Assembly: GCF_964213995.1 (NCBI RefSeq)
Contig: NC_135803.1
Coordinates: 73,098,001 to 73,162,000, forward strand
Source of the DNA: Mustelus asterias
Lineage: Eukaryota
DNA length: 64,000 bases
Direction: 5' to 3'
The notes under the pieces were generated by a model. That model saw only the letters and a list, made by a program, of their open reading frames with translations, made no database searches and was not told where the DNA came from. Shown piece by piece: positions 23,460 through 35,742 of this stretch; position 1 is the stretch's first letter; every line of letters starts with the position of its first letter. A program made the position numbers and the translations under genes.

Positions 23460-24520
23460 GATGAGAATTGACCAAGACATCAAGTTCATAAACAACAGAG
23501 TAACATCCTGCAAACTCACAAACATTTGGAGATTTGTGCCACAGACCAGTCAAGCTCCAGCTGGACATAGCCATGCACAGAATCAAATCTTACATCCAAT
23601 ATTCCAGACTCCTCCAACACCATTCTTGGGTATGTCCTGCCCCACTGGTAGGACTAAGTGACCAAAGGTGGCAGCACAGTAGTGTATGTTCAGGAGCAAG
23701 TGGCCCTGGGAATCCTTAACATTGACTCTGGATCCCAGGAAGTCTCATGACATCAAGTCAAACATAGGCAATTAAATCTCCTGCTGATTACCACCCATCA
23801 CCTTCCCTCAGCTCATGAATCTACTCCTCCATGTTGAACACTACTGCCCATCATCAACAATAGCAGCAATGGTGACCGACTGGTTGAATCCTGTTGGACA
23901 AATCTGCGGCAGGTGGCAAGAGAAATAACCTACTTGTCACCCATCTCCCTGGTATAGATACAGCTGCCCATGACAGTATTGATATCATTGACTAGTAAAG
24001 TCCTGTCTTCACACTTGAGAATAGGCTCTTGCTTGTTGTGTGGCATAACACTGTGCTTAATGGGATAGATTCAGAATAGATCTAGCAGCTCAAAATTGGG
24101 CATCCGCGAGGCACTGTCAACCATCAGCACAATTTGTAACCTTATGGCCTGACATATCTCTCATTCTACCATTACCATCCAGCCATGGGAACAATGCTGG
24201 TTCAATGAGGAGCGCAGGAGAAAATGCCAGGAGCAGCACCAGGCATACCTTAAAATGAGGTGTCAACCTGGTGAAGCTACAACATAGGACTACCTGCATG
24301 CTGAATAGTGGAAGCAGCATGCTATAGAAGCAGTTAAGTGATCCCACAACCAACAAATCAGATCAAAACGTAACACAAAGAAAGATGGCTGGGGTGGTTG
24401 GAAACCAATCACCTCAGTCCCATTGCACATGGACTGCTGTGATTCAAGAGAGTGGCTCACTTCTCAAGGGTCATTTGGAACAGCCAGCAAATGTTGGATG
24501 CCCAAATCGCAGGAATGGAA
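23460..24520 (+). mobile_element. Decayed non-LTR retrotransposon (endonuclease region); related copies at 30540-31050 and 38970-40050 (minus)
   Basis: Recurrent dispersed homology, with a 3' end resembling the Deu-type SINE tail; clade not assigned. Confidence 0.5.
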
Positions 24521-24879
24521 AAAATATGTTCCACAGTCGTATGTAATTTTCTTCCTGGGTGGGAGCCAGATCAGAATCTCATGGGACTGTATTTTGAGAT
24601 GGAAATTGCAGGAAGGCCTGGCTGAGTCTAGGGGAGTTGTGGTGAATTTAATATTAGTGTGCCCAGATTTGTGATTGTTCAAAGAGGAGTGCACGATAAG
24701 GGAATAAATCTGAAATGCCATTTCAGAAATAGAAATAGCATTCTAAGGCATTATGGATTTATTCAGAAAACAATTTAAGAAAATATTTTTGACTGTTTTT
24801 TGAAGTTCAGTAGGTTAATATATATCTTAGGCAACAAATTGAACTTTTAGTCACTTGATAATATAGAACTTGAGTATTG

Positions 24880-27800
24880 CTCAAAGAAGAGACACGCTGT
24901 CAAAGTTTTTTGTCTTGCACTCATCAGGACCAATGCAAGAGATTTCAAAGGGAACGACAATTCATACTGTATGAGGAAAGGGTGTTGCGTGGTTGGCAAG
25001 TTGACTCTTGTCAAGTCATTGCCATAGAGAATGCACCAAGGAACTAATATCCCCATACATAGAACATAGAACAGTACAGCACAGAACAGGCCCTTCGGCC
25101 CACGATGTTGTGCCGAGCTTTATCTGAAACCAAGATCAAGCTATCCCACTCCCTATCATCCTGGTGTGCTCCATGTGCCTATCCAATAACCGCTTAAATG
25201 TTCCTAAAGTGTCTGACTCCACTATCACTGCAGGCAGTCCATTCCACACCCCAACCACTCTCTGCATAAAGAACCTACCTCTGATATCCTTCCTATATCT
25301 CCCACCATGAACCCTATAGTTATGCCCCCTTGTAATAGCTCCATCCACCCGAGGAAATAGTCTTTGAATGTTCACTCTATCTATCCCCTTCATCATTTTA
25401 TAAACCTCTATTAAGTCTCCCCTCAGCCTCCTCCGCTCCAGAGAGAACAGCCCAAGCTCCCTCAACCTTTCCTCATAAGACCTACCCTCCAAACCAGGCA
25501 GCATCCTGGTAAATCTCCTCTGCACTCTTTCCAGCGCTTCCACATCCTTCTTATAGTGAGGTGACCAGAACTGCACACAATATTCCAAATGTGGTCTCAC
25601 CAAGGTCCTGTACAGTTGCAGCATAACCCCACGGCTCTTAAACTCCAACCCCCTGTTAATAAAAGCTAACACACTATAGGCCTTCTTCACAGCTCTATCC
25701 ACTTGAGTGGCAACCTTTAGAGATCTGTGGATATGGACCCCAAGATCTCTCTGTTCCTCCACAGTCTTCAGAACCCTACCTTTGACCCTGTAATCCACAT
25801 TTAAATTAGTCATACCAAAATGAATCACCTCACATTTATCAGGGTTAAACTCCATTTGCCATTTTTCAGCCCAGCCTTACATCCTATCAATGTCTCTTTG
25901 CAGCCTACAACAGCCCTCCACCTCATCCACTACTCCACCAATCTTGGTGTCATCAGCAAATTTACTGATCCACCCTTCAGCCCCCTCCTCTAAGTCATTA
26001 ATAAAAATCACAAAGAGCAGAGGACCAAGCACTGATCCCTGTGGCACTCCGCTAACAACCTGCCTCCAGTCCGAAAAGTTTCCATCCACCACCACCCTCT
26101 GTCTTCGATCAGACAGCCAGTTACCTATCCAATCGGCCAACTTTCCCTCTATCCCACACCTCCTTACTTTCATCATGAGCCGACCATGGGGGACCTTATC
26201 AAACGCCTTACTAAAATCCACGTATATGACATCAACTGCCCTACCTTCATCAACACACTTAGTTACCTCCTCAAAAAATTCAATCAAATTTGTGAGGCAC
26301 GACTTGCCCTTTAAGAATCAGTGCTGACTATCCCGGATTAATCCGCATCTTTCTAAATGGTCGTAAATCCCATCCCTAAGGACCTTTTCCATCAATTTAC
26401 CAACCACCGAAGTCAGACTAACCGGTCTATAATTACCAGGTCATTTCTATTCCCTTTCTTAAACAGAGGAACAACATTCGCCACTCTCCAGTCCTCTGGC
26501 ACCATCCCCGTGGACAGTGAGGACCCAAAGATCAAAGCCAAAGGCTCTGCAATCTCATCCCTTGCCTCCCAAAGAATCCTAGGATATATTTCATCAGGCC
26601 CAGGGGACTTATCGACCTTCAGTTTATTCAGAACTGCCAGGACATCCTCCCTCCGAACAACTATTTCCTCCAGCCTATTAGCCTGTAATACCTTCTCTTC
26701 CTCAAAAACATGGCCCCTCTCCTTGGTGAACACTGAAGAAAAGTATTCATTCATCACCTCGCCTATCTCTACTGACTCCATACACAAGTTCCCACTACTG
26801 TCCTTGACCGGCCCTAGCCTCACCCTGGTCATTCTTTTATTCCTCACATAAGAGTAAAAAGCTTTGGGGTTTTCCTTGATCCGACCCGCCAAGGACTTCT
26901 CATGTCCCACCCTAGCTCTCCTAAGCCCCTTTTTCAGCTCATTCCTTGCTAACTCGTAACCCTCAATCGAGCCATCTAAACCTTGTTTCCTCATCCCTAC
27001 ATAAGCTTCCCTCTTCCTTTTCACAAGACATTCCACCTCTTTCGTGAACCATGGTTCCCTCACTCAGCCATTTCCTCCCTGCCTGACAGGGACATACCTA
27101 TCAAGGACACCCAGTATTTGTTCCTTGAAAAAGTTCCACTTTTCATTAGTGCCTTTCCCTGACAGTTTCTGTTCCCATCTTATGCCCCCTAATTCTTGCC
27201 TAATCGCATCATAATTACCTCTCCCCCAATTGTAAATCTTGCCCTGCCGTACGACCCTATCCCTCTCCATTGCAATAACAAAAGACACCGAATTGTGGTC
27301 ACTATCTCCAAAGTGCTCTCCCACAACCAAATCTAACACTTGGCCCGGTTCATTTCCCAGTACCAAATCCAATGTGGCGTCACCTCTTATCGGCCTATCC
27401 ACATATTGGGTCAGGAAACCGTCCTGCACACACTGCACAAAAACTGCCTCATCTGAACTATTTGACCTACAAAGGTTCCAATCAATATTTGGAAAGTTAA
27501 AGTCCCCCATGACAACTACCCTGTGACCCCCACACATATCCATAATCTGCTTAGCAATTTCTTCCTCCACATCTCTATTACTATTTGGGGGCCTGTAGTA
27601 AACTCCTAACAACGTGACCGCTCCTTTCCTAACTTCAGCCCATATTACCTCAGTGTGCAGATACCTTTGTTTAATTCCAAAAAGCCACAATGCCTGGGCA
27701 TGTTCTTTCTGCTTGCAGTGGGGAAGGCCTTGCATATGAACATATGTAGCCTTTAGCAAGCATAAGTGAGCCACATTACGAGTCTGACTGACAATCCTCA

Positions 27801-27900
27801 TTTGGTAGTTATTGTAATTCTTAGCAAGGATTGCTCAGTTCATGTTGTCCAGTTGTGGAATCACATCTGACGTTAGACATTTTTGAGTTTTGCAAGCACA
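24880..27900 (-). mobile_element. Older, different Penelope-like element (GIY-YIG C-terminus 27662-27900, pLTR 24880-25056) split by a CR1
   Basis: RIVSQTRNVAHLCLLKATYVH...CKQKEHAQAL resembles PLE endonuclease C-termini; decayed CUGAUGA hammerhead at ~24899-24933. Confidence 0.55.
25057..27661 (-). mobile_element. Young 5'-truncated CR1 LINE, ORF2 (EN + RT) with few frameshifts
   Basis: [45 protein letters not shown]; (TTCTATG)n-type 3' tail. Confidence 0.95.
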
Positions 27901-29093
27901 GGCTGTGTTAGGGTACTGGACCAGAACCTCAAGGTTTATTATGAAGCCAGACTAGACCCCAACAATTTTTCTATTTTGGTATAAATGTGAGAATAGAATG
28001 TTTTTCTCCAGAAGTAATTCCACTGACAAATTAGGGATCCTTTACAGTAAAACAAACTTTATTTAATAACAGAGTTTAAATATAACTCTAGCAAATGAAT
28101 CAGCTTAACTATTGACAGTTGAACAATATTTAAAATTGAAAAGGAAACAACTTTAATTTCTAACTTATATCACTGTTTCAGTTCCAAATAAGCAACATTT
28201 ATCTTACAGACTTAAATGCCACTTTAAATACAGTTAGTACCATAAGCACACTTGCTATAACGAGTGTGGATGGTTTTGAAGATTTCAGAGAGAAAATGAG
28301 TTTCAGAGCAGCTTGCAGAAAACCTCTGTCTTCAAACAATTCCCAGCTAGAACGGCAATCTAAATTGCAGTTTCTTCTCTCCACTACAGACCCAGTTCTG
28401 CCCATTAACCACATTGTCACATGACCCTGTCGATCAATCTCATAAGGAATCTTTTGAGTAAATGAAAGCCCATTAACTCTATCAAAGTAACAAATTCCTA
28501 GCTGAAATGAGTACTTAACTTGCTTTTACAACCCAAGTTAAATATTTTCCCGACACACGATTGCAGAATTAGGCTTAATTTTAAACATTCTCCTTAAACA
28601 AAAAAATATACTTTGCACTGCTATCAGAGTCCAGTTAGTACTTTGCCAATTGCAAATAGCCGCATTAAATGGAACTTTCATTCTGTAGCTAAAACTGGTA
28701 GAATGATCATAATGCCTTAATGTGTTTAATATTGAACAAATCAAATGGGCAAAGTAACAAATTAAAGTGATAGCCCCTTAAAGGGGACAGAAACAAGACT
28801 CCAAAGCAAATTTATTCAGCTAAATCAAAATGTTGTTTTGGGGCGAATGAGGCACTTCAACCCGTGGTGTCCACCTGTCATGGTTAGCCAGTCAGTCTTT
28901 ATACTCTTTTGAGTTGATCAATTCATCAAGTAGCTAATTTTTTTTCACAGTAACTTCATTGCAGTGTTAATGTAAGCCTTACCTATGACTAATAAATAAA
29001 CTTTAACTTTTAATTTAAAAAAATTTAGGCAATGAAATAAACAATAGCCCCTAAGGGAAATGTTTTCCTGAATAGCCCTTAAGGGAGGTTGGC

Positions 29094-29494
29094 CTCTTTT
29101 TAGGTCAAACCGAATAAACAAACTCAAATTAAACCAGGACAAAGTAAAAGGGGCAGCTCCCCAAAAGGAGGGGGAACAGCCTGAACAAAAATCAAAGTAT
29201 AAAGGAAACTTAAAGACATCAAATTAAAATGTGATTATCAGGGTCAATAACGCACCCCAACCCCTGCGGTGCCCAACGGGCACGGAAGGCGTCAACCGCG
29301 CCTGTGGACACCACATGCTCCCTCTCCAGGGACACCTGGCCGCGAACGTAGCCGCGGTAGAGAGGCAGACAGTCAGGATGGACGGCCCCCTTGATCGCCC
29401 GCTGCCTGGACTGGTAAATGGCGCGTTTCGCCAGGCCCAGGAGCAGGTTCATGAGGAGGTCGCCATCCCGACCCTCCCCTCTCCGCACCAGGTG
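29094..29494 (-). mobile_element. Tx1-clade LINE 3' fragment
   Basis: DLLMNLLLGLAKRAIY...DCLPLYRGYVR..VSLE...FRARW resembles the Tx1 ORF2 C-terminus; 3'UTR ends ctaaaaagag. Confidence 0.7.
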
Positions 29495-31259
29495 AGCAAA
29501 GGAAAATGATTAGAGAAGCCAATACCTAATTAAATCAGGATGTCACTTTGTGGGATGAGGAAGCACTTGGACCCCTGTGGTGATGGTTGTGGAAGGCTGC
29601 CTCTCTTTACAAGTGCTCTAGTTGTTAAAGCAGCAGTCACTAATTGGGGAAAGGTTAGCACACTATTTCTAAGCTTATGCAAGAACCAGCTTTTACCTAT
29701 ATGGAGCAGGGAAAAAGGGAGTCTGTACCTATATTCACTGGGTTTTGTGAATATATCTACATTAAAGACTGGCTCCAGCTTTACTTAATGAAAGAGCATC
29801 AAATTATAACACATCACCCCCCCCCCCCCCAACCTGCTGTTTGAAAACAAGTTTAACATCCCTCACCTCAATCAGAATTTATTCCTCTGCAGCGTCTGCA
29901 CACGCTTGTGCACTTTGCTTGTACAGCAGCTTTGGGTTCACATGGGTGATCAAACATCTCAGGTTTTTTTGGGATTGTACTATCATTCGGCCGTTTGTCC
30001 CATGTGCCCCATGTGTTACAGGCCGGGATGCCATTTCTTCCCCCATTTGTGATGTTTGTACTTTGCACATGTGCAGTATGCACTTTTGCTGAGCCTGAAA
30101 ACATGCCGTTCTGTCGCTCTCATAGCTCTGGCAGCTAGGGTTGCCAACTGTGATCAAACAGGAGATTAAATAATAAAATCTGGAGGTTTCACATGACTTG
30201 CCCCCACAATCCTGCCATTAGTTGGCCAACACATCTATCCTTGTGACGCATTGTCTTCTTGTGCCAATTGGAAAGCAGACTCATTATGGAATTGGATGAT
30301 GCCTGATTGTCGGCCAAATAGAGCTCTGACAAAGTGTCATCTAGACTCGAAATGTTGGCTCTATTCTCTCTCCACAGATGCTGTCAGACCTGCTGAGATT
30401 TTCTAGCATTTTCTGTTTTCGTGTCATAAATTTTTCGCTGTGAGTTTGCCTGATGTGGATGCTGATTTTAACCTTTTTGGCACCAACCTAGGGTATTCAT
30501 TCAAGGACAAGTTTCATGAACTGCAGACTGTTTCATGAGATGGTTTATCAAGGGTAAAGGAGATTATATATTTCCAAATCAAGTGGTGTTGTTCCCATGT
30601 GCCTGCTGCCTTTCTCCTTCTACGTGGTAGTGGATTTGTAAGTTGCTGGCTAAGGCGCCTTGGTGAGTTGCTGCAGTGCATCTTGTAGATGGTGTACACT
30701 GATACTACTATTTGTTGATGGTGGAGGGATTGATGTTTGTGGAAGGGGTACCAATCAAGTGGGCTGCTTTGTCCTGGATGGTGTCAAGCTCCTTCAGTTG
30801 TTGGAGCTGCACTCATCCAGGCAAGTAGGGAGCATTCCATTACACTCCTGATTTGTGTTTTGTAGATGGTGGACAGGCTTTCGGGAGTCAGGGGTGAGTT
30901 ACTCCCCACAGGATTCTTAGCCTCTGCCCTGTTCTTGTAGCAAGTATTTACATGGCGAGTCCAGTTCAGTTTCTGGTCAATGGTAACCTCCAGGATGTTG
31001 ATAATAGGGGATTCAGCAAAGGTAATGCCACTGAATGTAAAGGGGCAATGTTGGCGTATGCGTCGCCATTTCAGACTCCAGGCTCCACAGGAGGATGCAT
31101 TTGGCAAAGCCCCATTGGGAGAGAGAAAAGCAAATGCTGACGATAACAGTAAATGTTGGAAATCCTCAGTATCTGCGGAAAGAGAAACAGAATTAACATT
31201 TCGGGTGAACAACCAGCCGATTCCACCTCAGCCACTGCGCGCCAATTCACTCATGAAAT

Positions 31260-31700
31260 AAAAAAGACTACAGTCCCCAGGAGTGACCCGCCCCTTCGTC
31301 ACCTGCTACCATGACAACCCCGGTCAGAGTTCACCCGCGGTCAACTCCGGCCAATGGGAACCGCCGATGGGCCAGCCAGCTCGTAGCCAATGGAAGCAGG
31401 CGTTGCTGATCGCGGCTCCGCCCTTCCTCTGGGACTCCGCCAATTAGCGCCTCGGTTGTTTGGATCGTCGTCGATGGGCTCGCGGAGTCTGGGGAAGCGA
31501 AAGGAAGGCAGAGCAGAGCAGAGACCAGCATAGCAGCTGGCCCGTCCCGCCCGCCCCACCGGGAATCAGCTGAGGTGAGGTTCCTCTCCCGGGTACAGGG
31601 AGAGCGACAGGGACCGGGAGAGCAGAGGCCAGCATAGCAACCTACCCGTCCCGCCCGCCTCACCGGGGAATCAGCTGAGGTGAGGATCCGCTCGACGCAT
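31260..31700 (+). promoter_or_regulatory. SAP130: CpG-island promoter and non-coding first exon of SAP130
   Basis: CpG-rich. ZNF143/THAP11-type GACTACAGTCCC (31266), RFX-like box (31305-31318), CCAAT at 31351, 31387 and 31440, GC boxes; donors GAG|gtgagg at 31575 and 31680. Confidence 0.75.
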
Positions 31701-32313
31701 CCGCTCCGGTGCAGAGGGGGAGACACAGCGAGGCCCTTGGGTGCTGTTAATGTGAGAGGAGAGAGACGCACTGAGGCCCCGGTGAGAGGGAGAGATAACA
31801 GCCCAGGGCAGTGATGGAGGAGAGGCAACTATCTCTCACTGCTCCACCATTGGTGGCTGTGCCTTCACTCGCCTAGGCCCCAAGCTCTGTAATACCCTAA
31901 TCCTACCCCCCCCCCCCTTTAAAATACCCCTCTTTGACCATGCTTTTGGTCAACTGCCCCAATACCACCACCTATGGCTCGGTGTCAAACTTTCTTTTAA
32001 AACACCCGTGTAGATAAAAAGTGCTTTCTAAATATAAGTTGCTGTGGTGAGACACTGGGCGATCACAGGTGGTGAGAGGAAGGGAGTTGGGTGGTGACCC
32101 TGGTTGGTGAGGGGAGGTGGAAAGCGAGAGGATGGAATCCATGGGTGGGAAGGGAAAGTGTCCTTGGGTGGCATGAAGAGGGGAGATGTGAAACCATCCT
32201 TAATCTCTGTACATGAGGTGAATTTGTAGTGAAGAGTTTGTGCTGGTTCTTTGAAAGAGTTTACCAATTTGGTCCGACACCTCAACTTTTTCCCTGTTGC
32301 AAACATATCAATT

Positions 32314-32733
32314 CCCACGCTCCTGATTTACGGACACCCGGTGCGGAGAGGGGAGGGTCGGGATGGTGACCTCCTCGTGAACCTGCTCCTGGGCCTGGCG
32401 AAACGTGCCATTTACCGGTCCAGACAGCGGGCGATCGAGGGGGCCGTCCATCCTGACTGCCCCTCTACTGCGGCTACGTTCGTGGCTGGGTGTCCCTGGA
32501 GAGGGAGCATGCAGTGTCCACGGGCGTGGTTGATGCCTTCCGTGCCCGCTGGGCACCGCAGGGGTTGGGGTGCGTTATCGACCCTAATAATCACATTTTA
32601 ATTTGATGTTTTTAAGTTTCCTTTGTACTTTGATTTCTGTTCGGGCTGTTCCCCCTCCTTTTTGGGGAGCTGCCCCTTTTACTTTGTTCTGACTTAATTT
32701 GAGTTTGTTTATTTGGTTTGACCTAAAAAGAGG
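32314..32733 (+). mobile_element. Tx1-clade LINE 3' fragment with 15-bp TSD
   Basis: Same family as 29094-29494; GCAAACATATCAATT at 32299-32313 and 32734-32748. Confidence 0.8.
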
Positions 32734-32782
32734 GCAAACATATCAATTAGGAGTTGGCTGTTCATACACTCCACATCAGTCA

Positions 32783-33090
32783 GGCAGCACAGTGATTAGC
32801 ACTGCTGCCTCATTGCGCAGGGAGACCTGAGTTTGATTCCCGGCTTGGGTCACTGTCTGTGTGGAGTCTATACATTCTCCTCGTCTCTGTGTGGGTTTCC
32901 TCCGGGTGCTCTGGTTTCCTCCCACAGTCTGAAAGATGTGCTGATTAGGTGCACTGGCCATGCTAAATTCTCCTTCAGTGTACCTGAACAGGTGCTGGAG
33001 TGTGGTGACGAGGGGATTTTCACAGTAACATCGTTGCAGTGTTACTGTAAGCCTACTTATAACTAACAAACTTTACTTTACTTTTACTTT
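32783..33090 (+). mobile_element. tRNA-derived SINE
   Basis: ggcagcacagtgattagcactgctgcctca...gtttgattcc head; (acttt)n tail; same family as 18252-18649. Confidence 0.75.
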
Positions 33091-33641
33091 TTTAAGAACA
33101 TGCCAATTGCCTTTTAAATCTGATTTTGTCATCCCATTAGTTGGTACGTCCAAATCTTAACCCTGTGTTCCACTTTAGGTTTCTTTTTGCCAACTATTTT
33201 AAGTTAGTGACTGACTTTTCAGAGGAAACAACTTCTTCCAATCTACTTCACTGAAATCCCTTTCAATTTTGAACATCCCTATTAATTCTCTTAACCTTGT
33301 CTTTTCTAAGGGGAACAGTGCCAGCTTCCCGATCTCTTTCATAACTGAAGTTGATTATCCTGGTATACCTTATCTGCTCCCTTATGAAGGCCTTGACATC
33401 CTTGAAGCTTCATGTCTGGAATTGAACACAGTACTCCAACTGAAGCCTAAATGTTTGGTGTGGCCTTAATTTTATCAGATGATAAGGATGAAGCATTTCA
33501 ATTCAGCAGAAAAACTCGAAGCTGCGATTGTTCTCCTTGGAGCGGAGGTGGTTCGAGGGAGATCTATTGATAGACCAGATGGAGAAAATGTTTCCGCTGG
33601 CAGGAGGATTGGTAACTAGATGACACCAATTTGAAGTTATT

Positions 33642-33813
33642 GGGGTTGGGGTGCGTTATTGACCCTGACAATCACATTTTAATTTGATGTTTTTAAGTTT
33701 CCTTTGTACTTTGATTTCTGTTCGGGCTGTTCCCCCTCCTTTTGGGGAGCTGCCCCTTTTACTTTGTCCTGACTTAATCTGAGTTTGTTTATTTGGTTTG
33801 ACCTAAAAAGAGG
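33642..33813 (+). mobile_element. Tx1-clade LINE short 3' fragment
   Basis: Near-identical to the 3'UTR of the copy at 32314-32733. Confidence 0.75.
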
Positions 33814-33874
33814 GCAAATGAGCCAAGGGGGAAAGAAAAGATGCCTTTTACACAGTGAGCTGTTGTGATCTGGA

Positions 33875-34822
33875 ATGTGCCTCAGGGGTCGCTGCTGGGA
33901 CCACAACTTTTCACAATATACACATGATTTGGAAGAAGGAACTGAAGGCACTGTTGCTAAGTTTGCAGATGATACAAAGATATGTTGTAGAGGAAGTGGG
34001 GGGCTGCAGAAGGACTTGGACAGGTTAGGCGAGTGGACAAAGAAGTGGCAGGTGGAATACAATGTGGAAAAGTGAGAGGTTATGCACTTTGGAAGGAGGA
34101 ATGGAGGCATAGACTATTTTCTAAATGGGGAAATGCTTAGGAAATCAGAAACACAAAGGTCCTTGTTCCAAGATTCTCTTAAGGTTAACGTGCAGGTTCA
34201 GTCAAAAGTTAGGAAGGCAAATGCAATGTTGGCATTCATGTCGGGAGGGCTACAATACAAGAGCAGGGATGTACTTCTGAGGCTGTATAAGGCTCTGGTC
34301 AGAGTATTGTGAGCAGTTTTAGGCCACGTATCTAAGGAAGGATGTGCTGGCCTTGGAAAGGGTCCAGAGGAGGTTCACAAGAATAATCCTTGGAATGAAG
34401 AGCTTGTCGTATGAGGAACGTGTGAGGACTCTGGGTCTGTACTCATTGGAGTTTAGAAGGATGAGGGGGAGAATCTTATTGAAACTTGCAGGATACTGCG
34501 AGGCTTGGGTAGAGTGGACGTGGAGAGGATGTTTCCACTGGTAGGATAAACTAGAACTAGAGGACATAACCTCAGGCTAAAGGGATGATCATTTAAAACA
34601 GATGAGGAGGAATTTCTTCAGTCAGAGTGGTGAATCTGTGAAACTCTTTGCCACAGAAGGCTGTGGAGGCCAGGTCGTTCTGTCTTTAAGACAGATAGAT
34701 TCTTGATTAATAAGGGATTATGGGGAAAAGACAGGAGAATGGGAATGAGAAAAATATCAGCCATGATTGAATGGCGGAGCAGACTCGATGGGTCGAGTGG
34801 TCTAATTCTGCTCCTATGTCTT
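33875..34822 (+). mobile_element. CR1 LINE 3' fragment
   Basis: AKFADDTK, LQKDLDRLGEW, LALERVQRRFTR. Confidence 0.85.
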
Positions 34823-35618
34823 GTGTGACCTAATAATTTTCAAAAAGGAATTTGAAAAATATTATTTTTCTGTGTTAAAGGAAAAGAGTGGGGGGAATTT
34901 ATTGGATTGTTCTATCAAAGACCCTGCACAGGCACTACGTTTGGTTTGATGAATTGGTGCCTGAGACCTTGGAGTTCACCGTGCTGTCCACAAAAGCAGG
35001 CATGTGGACCTCCCAGCACTAAATAGAGACAGCACTTTGTGATTAAAATCTGAGATTTTAATCCATGAAGCTGAGCTGAACATTGCAATTTTACCCATGG
35101 CTATTTTCCTTATAGATGGAAAATATTCTGGAAGCTGTGCAGCAAGTCTGTGCCTTGTATTGAGTAAAGAGCCCCTGGAAAGAGGGAGACTGCAACCTAC
35201 CATGGCGGTTCTTTCTGACCAGTGGGCACCACGGAATAGCAGACTCGGCCAATAAGAATACAATTTAGAATGAGTTTTGTTCAAACCAATTCTAAATTTA
35301 TTCTATAGAATCATAGAATGTTGCAGCACAGATTGTCAATTGGGTACAGTGCCTCTGCCAGCTCTTCAACAGAAAACAGGCATATGCAGAGTATTTTATT
35401 CTGATGAAACTGGGGTGACTCTACGAGTCACACAAGACAAGCTTGCAGCAATTTGCAGTATGGTTTGTTTTATAATTTTACAAATGTGCCTTTTGGTGAT
35501 CCTCTAAGTTATTTAAAGCCATAGACACTTAATGACCAATGAAAAAAAAAAGTTTACTTTTCTCCTATCCCTCTGTTCTTTCTGTAACTATCTCCTTACT
35601 GTTTTATTCCAGGATCCA

Positions 35619-35742
35619 ATGAGCACCCAGCAGTTTCCAAGGCCTGGTGTGCCTGTGTCAGGCCTGGGAGCAGGCCCACCTTCCATCACCAGCATGCAGA
35701 ACAGCAGTGGTTCAGGGACACCAGGCAATAACACTGTAACAG
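35619..35742 (+). CDS. SAP130: SAP130 first coding exon (Sin3A-associated protein 130)
   Basis: ttccag|GATCCA ATG; MSTQQFPRPG...; donor G|gtaaat. Confidence 0.85.

Noticed and set aside
27064-27801. 245-aa ORF as a novel gene
   Set aside because: Chance in-frame junction of two transposon fragments.
27906-28900. Possible solo LTR starting TGTTAGGG
   Set aside because: Could not define a 3' end, TSD or second copy from the window alone.
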